DNA from: a virus
Lineage: Duplodnaviria; Heunggongvirae; Uroviricota; Caudoviricetes
IMG/VR virus record: IMGVR_UViG_2574180275_000003
Direction: 5' to 3' (one strand)
DNA length: 28,980 nucleotides
Every line of letters begins with the position of its first letter. The stretch's first letter is position 1. Positions 23,326 to 28,980 of the stretch are shown one piece after another. A program made the translations under genes and the position numbers. The notes below the pieces were generated by a model, which was not told where the DNA came from, ran no database searches, and saw only the letters and a program-made list of their open reading frames with translations.

Positions 23326-24030
23326 ATGTCCTCTAATTTTGAACGTTCTCAGCAGACCAAAGTCATGATCTCGTCTGCACCGGTAACGGCAGAAACGCTG
23401 AGTTCTGCCAGTTTTCTTGAACTGAGCTGTACGATTAAAGAGGTTCAGTTTACCGCCGGGCAGAAACAGGATATTGATGTCACCACGCTGTGTTCTGTTG
23501 AGCAGGAAAATATTAACGGTCTTGGTGCCGCGTCAGAGATTTCCATGTCAGGCAACTTTTATCTGAATGCTGCCCAGAACGCGTTGCGCAGTGCCTATGA
23601 CAATGACACCACGTATGGCTTTAAAGTTATTTTTCCGTCAGGCAACGGATTTACCTTTATGGCAGAGGTGCGTCAGCATACCTGGTCTGCAGGAACCAAT
23701 GGAGTTGTGGCTGCAACGTTTTCCCTGCGCCTGAAAGGTAAACCTGTACTGACGACAGAGCCACTGAAAGTGAAGGTCGATTTAAACAGCACGCTGCAGG
23801 TTTCTGCCGGAGCGAAACTCGAAATGGTGGTTGAGGCTGCCGGTGGTGTGCCGCCTTATTCTTATGTCTGGAAGAAAGGTGGTTCTCCTGTTTCCGGACA
23901 GACGGCGGCAACGTTCAGTAAGGCATCAGCAGCATCCGGTGATGCCGGTGCGTATACCTGCGAGATTTCTGATTCAGCAAGCCCGGTTAGCAAGGTGACC
24001 TCCACTTCCTGCACTGTTACCGTCAGTTAA
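23326..24030 (+). CDS. major tail protein with C-terminal Ig-like domain
   Basis: 234 aa; GGAG RBS; position before the chaperone/tape-measure genes; C-terminal about 90 aa has an Ig-like signature (...YSYVWKKGGSPVSGQTAATF...GAYTCEISD). Confidence 0.7.
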   Translation: MSSNFERSQQTKVMISSAPVTAETLSSASFLELSCTIKEVQFTAGQKQDIDVTTLCSVEQENINGLGAASEISMSGNFYLNAAQNALRSAYDNDTTYGFKVIFPSGNGFTFMAEVRQHTWSAGTNGVVAATFSLRLKGKPVLTTEPLKVKVDLNSTLQVSAGAKLEMVVEAAGGVPPYSYVWKKGGSPVSGQTAATFSKASAASGDAGAYTCEISDSASPVSKVTSTSCTVTVS

Positions 24031-24044
24031 TGAGGATAGATGTG

Positions 24045-24416
24045 ATGACTAAAAATATCCGTAATCTGGCACTGGCAACGATGTCGGGGTTTCGCCATAA
24101 AACTGTTGATGTGCCTGAATGGGAAGGGGCAACGGTTGTATTACGGGAACCTTCTGCAGAAGCCTGGTTGCGCTGGCAGGAGATCGTTAAAGCAAAAGAT
24201 GATGAGACACCGTTATCCGTTGCGGAGCGCGCCCGCCGAAATCTGGAGGCAGATGTTGAACTGTTCATTGATGTTCTGTGTGATACCGGACTGCAACCTG
24301 TATTTTCAGAGGATGATCGTGAACAGGTGATTGCCGTGTATGGCCCGGTGCATGCGCGGCTTCTTCGGCAGTCTCTGGAACTGATCAGTGATGCCGGTGA
24401 GGTTAAAAAAAAGTAG
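24045..24416 (+). CDS. tail assembly chaperone (lambda gpG analogue)
   Basis: Position between major tail and tape measure genes; ends with the slippery heptamer A AAA AAG. Start at ATG 24045 (GAGGA RBS) or at 24030 (TAATG overlap). Confidence 0.6.
   Translation: MTKNIRNLALATMSGFRHKTVDVPEWEGATVVLREPSAEAWLRWQEIVKAKDDETPLSVAERARRNLEADVELFIDVLCDTGLQPVFSEDDREQVIAVYGPVHARLLRQSLELISDAGEVKKK
24407..24413 (+). other. programmed -1 ribosomal frameshift site (A AAA AAG) for the chaperone G-T fusion
   Basis: Slippery heptamer is in frame with the upstream ORF and lies directly before its stop; the -1 frame continues ...KK-VALPG-MRFLMM... into ORF 24428-24718. Confidence 0.55.
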
Positions 24417-24427
24417 CGCTTCCGGGG

Positions 24428-24718
24428 ATGCGTTTTCTGATGATGCTGGCGCTCAGGATGGGGCGCACATTGTCAGAGTTACGCCGGGAAATGTCCGCAT
24501 CAGAAATCATGATGTGGGCAGAATTTGACAGGTTCAGCCCGCTGGGTGACGAGCGGGCTGATATCCGGGCTGCCCAGATAGTTTCTGCGGTTTACGGTGC
24601 GCAGGGTGTCAAAGTCCCACTGAATGATGCGCTTCTTCAGTGGGAGAAGGAGCAGACAGAAGGCGTATCAGATCCATTTGCCGGACTGGAAAACGCGCTT
24701 TTAATAGTGTCTCAGTGA
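24428..24718 (+). CDS. tail assembly chaperone T-domain ORF (expressed as G-T frameshift fusion)
   Basis: 96-codon ORF in the -1 frame relative to the upstream chaperone; MRFLMMLALRMGRTLSELRREMSASEIMMWAEF... resembles the conserved T-domain of lambda-type gpGT. Confidence 0.55.
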   Translation: MRFLMMLALRMGRTLSELRREMSASEIMMWAEFDRFSPLGDERADIRAAQIVSAVYGAQGVKVPLNDALLQWEKEQTEGVSDPFAGLENALLIVSQ

Positions 24719-24728
24719 GTCAACATAA

Positions 24729-24749
24729 CCGCTTCGGCGGTTTTTTTTT
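24729..24749 (+). terminator. intrinsic terminator-like hairpin between chaperone and tape-measure genes
   Basis: ACCGC-ttcg-GCGGT (UUCG tetraloop) followed by a T9 run. Confidence 0.5.
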
Positions 24750-24765
24750 CGTCCGGAGAATGAGT

Positions 24766-27700
24766 GTGGCGACATTACGTGAACTGATTATTAAAATCTC
24801 GGCAAATTCCCGGTCATTCCAGTCAGAGATCTCCCGGGCTTCGCGTATGGGGCAGGATTACTACCGTACCATGCAGAACGGAGGCCGGCAGTCCGCTGCT
24901 GCATCCCGTGAAATGCGGCGTGCACTGGCAGAAGTGACGGATCAGATAAATACAGCTAAATCTTCGGCACTGAATATGGCGGGGGCATTTGCCGGAGCTT
25001 TTGCTACCGGTCATCTTATTTCTCTCGCCGATGAGTGGAATTCAGTAAATGCCCGTCTGAAGCAGGCTTCACAGTCCAGTGATGATTTTCAGGTATCACA
25101 ACGTGAATTAATGGCAATCAGCCAGAGAACGGGAACGGCGTTTTCTGATAACGCCAGCCTTTTTGCCCGCTCTGCAGCTTCCATGCGGGAGTATGGCTAC
25201 AGTTCTGAGGAGGTACTGAAAGTCACCGAGGCGATCTCCACGGGCCTGAAATTATCCGGTGCCAGTACAGCAGAAGCCAGTTCGGTGATCACGCAGTTCA
25301 GTCAGGCACTGGCGCAGGGAGTGCTGCGCGGTGAAGAATTTAACTCTGTGAATGAGAACGGCGATCGTGTTATTCGTGCGCTGGCTGCGGGAATGGGTGT
25401 TACCCGTAAGGATCTGAAGGCCATGGCGGATAACGGAAAACTGACCGCCGATAAGGTTGTTCCTGCACTGATTAGTCAGCTTGGGGCGTTGCGTGATGAA
25501 TATGCAGCAATGCCTGATACTGTTTCATCCTCTGCAACCAAAGTTGAAAACGCCTTTATGGCCTGGGTTGGTGGTGCGAACGAGGCAAGCGGAGTGACAA
25601 AGACACTCACCGGGGTGTTGAATGGTGTTGCAGACAATATTGATACCGTGGCTGCTGCAGCTGGCGCACTGGTTGCCGTCGGGGTAGCCCGATATTTTGG
25701 CAATATGGCGTCGTCTGCTGGATCTGCAACTGCCGGATTAATTACTGCAGCCAGAAACGAAGTGGCTCTTGCTGAAGCGCAACTTCGGGGGACTCAGATA
25801 GCAACCGCCAGGGCGCGTGCGGCGGTTTATCGTGCGCAACAGGCGGTTGTTGCTGCTCGCGGTACCGAAAGGCAGGCCGCAGCAGAAGCGAAGCTGACAG
25901 CTGCCCAGGCGTCACTTACCCGTAATATTGCGGCCAGAACAGCGGCACAGACAACGCTGAATACTGTCACGTCAGTGGGGAGTCGTCTGTTAAGTGGTGC
26001 GCTGGGGTTGGTTGGTGGTGTGCCGGGACTCGTCATGCTGGGGGCGACGGCCTGGTACACGATGTATCAGAATCAGGAGCAGGCCAGAGAATCTGCACGC
26101 CAGTATGCCGCAACAATCGACGAAATTCGCCAGAAAACGTCGGCAATGTCGCTTCCTGAAGCGTCAGATAATGAGGAAAAGACGCGGCAGGCACTTGATG
26201 AGCAAAACAGGTTAATTGACGAGCAGAAAAGTAAGATTAAATCCTTACAGGAAAAAATTGCTGGCTATCAGTATGTGCTGGCAAACCCGGGCTGGACAAC
26301 CGATAACGGTTTTATGATTAACCACATGACGTCGGTAAAAACTGTCACAGAAGGGCTTGCAGAAGCAACAAATCAACTGGCAGTTGAACAGTCCCGTCTC
26401 ACACAAATGCAGGGCAAAGCGCAATCCATTCAGGATGTGCTTGCCGGGTTGGAGGAGCGACGGGTGGCGTTGATCCGTCAACAGGCCGCTGAACAAAACA
26501 AAGCGTATCAGTCCCTGTTGATCATGAATGGGCAGCATACCGAGTTTAATCGCCTTCTCGGGCTCGGTAATGAATTACTTCAGCAGCGACAGGGGCTGGT
26601 GAATGTACCGTTACGGCTACCACAGGCAACCCTGGATGATAAACAGCAGACTGCACTGAATAACAGCGAGCGCGAACTGGCTCTGTCCCGCCTGAAGGGG
26701 GAGGCCCGTGAGCGTGCCCGCCTGGGTTATGCTGCGGATGATCTCGGCTTTGTGGGAGAGGCGTATCAGACAGCCAGACAGAATTATATCAATAACTCAC
26801 TGGATGCCTGGCGAAATAACCAGGCAAATAAACCCAAAGCGCATAAAAAGACCGAAGCGGAAAAAACAGAAGATATTTATAAACGGCTGATTAAACAGCA
26901 AAAAGAACAAATAGCACTGGCAGGGCAGAATACTGAACTGGCTAAGATGAAATATCAGGTCAGTCAGGGCGAATTATCAACCCTGTCAGAAGCGCAGAAA
27001 AAAACGCTTTTGCAGAATGCAGCACTCATCGACCAGAAAAAGATTCGTGAGCAGCTTGCTGCGTATGAGAGCAGTCTGGCGGACAGTAATGCCAGTGCCC
27101 GGGCATCTGACGAAGCGCAGTTGTTGGGATATGGTGAAGGCTCACGGATGCGTGAACGACTCCAGGAAATGTGGAGTATCCGGCAGGCGTTTGAGCAGAA
27201 AAATAACGAGCTGCTGAGACAGTATCAGGCCGGAGAAATTGAAGAAGCCCTGTGGAAACAGGAGAAAGAACTGAATAAAAAATATCTGGAAGAGCGTCTC
27301 AGCGATCAGCAGGATTATTATGCAAAGGCCGATGCTTTACGTAATAACTGGAATGCCGGACTCCAGGAGGGACTGACCAACTGGGCAGACAGTGCCACCG
27401 ATTATGCTTCACAGGCGGCAGATGCTGTCGTTTCTACGATGGACGGGCTGGTATCAAATATTTCCGATGCACTGGCCGGGAATGTTGTGGACTGGAGGAA
27501 CTGGGGGAGTTCAGTTCTCCGGGAAGTTTCAAAAATTCTGATGAATGCAGCCATTGTTAACGGACTGAAATCACTCTCCGGTGCCGGAGGGTGGCTTGGT
27601 ACGGTCGGCGGATGGATTTTGGGGGCAGTGGCAAACGCAAAAGGTGGTGTTTACACATCGGCAAATCTGAGTGCTTACAGTAACACTATTGTGGATACAC

Positions 27701-27993
27701 CGACGTATTTTGCTTTTGCGAAAGGTGCCGGGTTGATGGGCGAGGCCGGGCCTGAAGCAATCATGCCACTGACACGGGCAGCGGACGGCTCTCTTGGGGT
27801 CAGGGCCATTGGAAATGTGAATGGTGGCGGTGGATTTGTTTATTCTCCCGTGTATCACATCAGCATTCAGAATCAAGGGAGCAATGGCGAGATAGATGCG
27901 CGCTCAGCCAGGGGACTGGTGGATCTGATCGACAGCAGGGTTGTGTCAATTATGCAGTCATCGCGTCGGGATGGAGGATTGTACAGTGCCTGA
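24766..27993 (+). CDS. tail tape measure protein
   Basis: About 1075 aa, Ala/Gln-rich and coiled-coil-like, in the canonical position; start taken at GTG 24766 (GGAG 7 nt upstream) rather than the track ATG at 24640, which overlaps the chaperone ORF. Confidence 0.85.
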   Translation: MATLRELIIKISANSRSFQSEISRASRMGQDYYRTMQNGGRQSAAASREMRRALAEVTDQINTAKSSALNMAGAFAGAFATGHLISLADEWNSVNARLKQASQSSDDFQVSQRELMAISQRTGTAFSDNASLFARSAASMREYGYSSEEVLKVTEAISTGLKLSGASTAEASSVITQFSQALAQGVLRGEEFNSVNENGDRVIRALAAGMGVTRKDLKAMADNGKLTADKVVPALISQLGALRDEYAAMPDTVSSSATKVENAFMAWVGGANEASGVTKTLTGVLNGVADNIDTVAAAAGALVAVGVARYFGNMASSAGSATAGLITAARNEVALAEAQLRGTQIATARARAAVYRAQQAVVAARGTERQAAAEAKLTAAQASLTRNIAARTAAQTTLNTVTSVGSRLLSGALGLVGGVPGLVMLGATAWYTMYQNQEQARESARQYAATIDEIRQKTSAMSLPEASDNEEKTRQALDEQNRLIDEQKSKIKSLQEKIAGYQYVLANPGWTTDNGFMINHMTSVKTVTEGLAEATNQLAVEQSRLTQMQGKAQSIQDVLAGLEERRVALIRQQAAEQNKAYQSLLIMNGQHTEFNRLLGLGNELLQQRQGLVNVPLRLPQATLDDKQQTALNNSERELALSRLKGEARERARLGYAADDLGFVGEAYQTARQNYINNSLDAWRNNQANKPKAHKKTEAEKTEDIYKRLIKQQKEQIALAGQNTELAKMKYQVSQGELSTLSEAQKKTLLQNAALIDQKKIREQLAAYESSLADSNASARASDEAQLLGYGEGSRMRERLQEMWSIRQAFEQKNNELLRQYQAGEIEEALWKQEKELNKKYLEERLSDQQDYYAKADALRNNWNAGLQEGLTNWADSATDYASQAADAVVSTMDGLVSNISDALAGNVVDWRNWGSSVLREVSKILMNAAIVNGLKSLSGAGGWLGTVGGWILGAVANAKGGVYTSANLSAYSNTIVDTPTYFAFAKGAGLMGEAGPEAIMPLTRAADGSLGVRAIGNVNGGGGFVYSPVYHISIQNQGSNGEIDARSARGLVDLIDSRVVSIMQSSRRDGGLYSA

Positions 27994-28327
27994 GCCTGAA
28001 GTTTTTAACTGGATCCCCCGAGAGGGGATGGAGACGACACGAAAGCCATCAGTTATTACGGTAAAGTTTGGTGACGGATATGAACAGCGACGGGCTGGTG
28101 GTCTGAATGCGGATCTGAAAACGTTTAAACCGGTATTTCGTGTCACAGATGAATATTCCCGTGCCGCGCTGGACAGTTTTTTATCCCGTCATGCCGGGAT
28201 TCGTGCTTTTTTGTGGCGTCCGCCAAAACACAACAGGACTGTCCGGGTTGTCTGCAGGGAGTGGAGCATTTCGGATAATGCCATGTATACCGATTTTAAC
28301 TGTACCTTTGAAGAGGTCACTCACTGA
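27986..28327 (+). CDS. minor tail protein, lambda gpM-like
   Basis: Contains VKFGDGYEQRRAGGLNADLKTF...FLWRPP, closely matching lambda M (VRFGDGYSQRAPAGLNANLKTY...FLWTPP); GTG 27986 with GGAGG RBS preferred over ATG 27941/27971. Confidence 0.85.
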   Translation: MPEPEVFNWIPREGMETTRKPSVITVKFGDGYEQRRAGGLNADLKTFKPVFRVTDEYSRAALDSFLSRHAGIRAFLWRPPKHNRTVRVVCREWSISDNAMYTDFNCTFEEVTH

Positions 28328-28980
28328 TGCAGGATATACAGCAGGAAACACTCAATGAGTGCACTAAAACGGAGCAATCCGCGCTGGTCGTGCTCTGGGA
28401 AATTGATCTGACAGAGGTCGGCGGAGATCGTTATTTCTTCTGTAATGAGCAGAACGAAAAAGGTGAACCAGTCACCTGGCAGGGGCGGCAGTATCAGGCT
28501 TATCCCATTCAGGGAAGCGGATTTGAGATGAACGGCAAAGGAGCCAGTGCAAGGCCAACGCTTAAAGTCTCTAATCTGTACGGCATGGTCACCGGGATGG
28601 CGGAAGACCTGCAGAGTCTGGTCGGCGGAACGGTGGTCAGGCGTAAGGTTTACGCCCGTTTTCTGGATACGGTGAACTTCGTCAACGGAAACAGCGACGC
28701 CGATCCGGAGCAGGAGGTGATCAGCCGCTGGCGCATCGAGCAGTGCAGCGAACTGAGTGCGGTCAGTGCCTCCTTTGTGCTCTCCACACCGACGGAAACG
28801 GATGGTGCTGTTTTTCCGGGGCGCATCATGCTGGCCAACACCTGCACCTGGACCTATCGCGGTGATGAGTGCGGTTATCATGGTCCGGCGGTCGCGGATG
28901 AATATGACCAGCCGACGTCCGATATCACGAAGGATAAATGCAGCAAATGCCTGAGCGGCTGTAAGTTTCGCAATAACGTC
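28327..28980 (+). CDS. minor tail protein, lambda gpL-like (3' end outside the window)
   Basis: ATG 28327 overlaps the M stop (TGATG); frame is open to the window end (218 codons) and reads MQDIQQETLNECTKTEQSALVVLWEIDLTEVGGDRYFFCNEQNEKGEPVTWQGRQYQAYPIQGSGFEMNGKG..., near-identical to lambda L as I remember it. Not in the ORF track because no stop falls in the window. Confidence 0.9.
   Translation, partial: MQDIQQETLNECTKTEQSALVVLWEIDLTEVGGDRYFFCNEQNEKGEPVTWQGRQYQAYPIQGSGFEMNGKGASARPTLKVSNLYGMVTGMAEDLQSLVGGTVVRRKVYARFLDTVNFVNGNSDADPEQEVISRWRIEQCSELSAVSASFVLSTPTETDGAVFPGRIMLANTCTWTYRGDECGYHGPAVADEYDQPTSDITKDKCSKCLSGCKFRNNV

Noticed and set aside
10672-24030. Interpretation as two tandem prophages or a simple duplication of the head module
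   Set aside because: The paralogs are diverged rather than duplicated, the second set lies inside att-bounded DNA with its own integrase and replication genes, and the flanking terL halves join in-frame; an insertion explains this better.
24640-24765. Upstream ATG start for the tape-measure ORF
   Set aside because: Would overlap the chaperone T ORF and read through the terminator hairpin at 24729-24749; the GTG at 24766 with GGAG 7 nt upstream is the more plausible start.
28321-28881. Minus-strand ORF of 186 aa near the window end
   Set aside because: Entirely antisense to the plus-strand ORF starting at 28327, which reads as a near-perfect lambda gpL homolog and runs off the window end.

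Overview
The window is the late (packaging/head/tail) region of a lambdoid prophage of enterobacterial type: HNH endonuclease, small terminase, large terminase, portal, HK97-type prohead protease and major capsid protein, head-tail joining proteins, major tail protein, tail assembly chaperones with a -1 frameshift site, tape measure, and lambda gpM- and gpL-like minor tail proteins (the last runs off the window end). Its large terminase gene is split in two (about 1147-2172 and 17561-18292) by a roughly 15.4 kb integrative element (about 2168-17562). The element is bounded by a 7-bp direct repeat TTACCAA and by integrase arm-type repeats. It encodes a P4-like tyrosine integrase, two AlpA-like regulators, a Bro-N protein, a divergent Arc-like repressor, an Icd-like small protein, a DUF927-type primase/replication protein, two iteron clusters, SSB, a PerC-like regulator, and a complete second capsid/packaging module (capsid, protease, portal, adaptor, connector, HNH, TerS, TerL) but no tail genes. 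I read this as a capsid-forming, tail-hijacking satellite (cf-PICI-like) sitting in-frame inside its presumptive helper's terL. All calls rest on reading the translations and sequence by eye; no database search or computation was run, and family names are recognition from memory.
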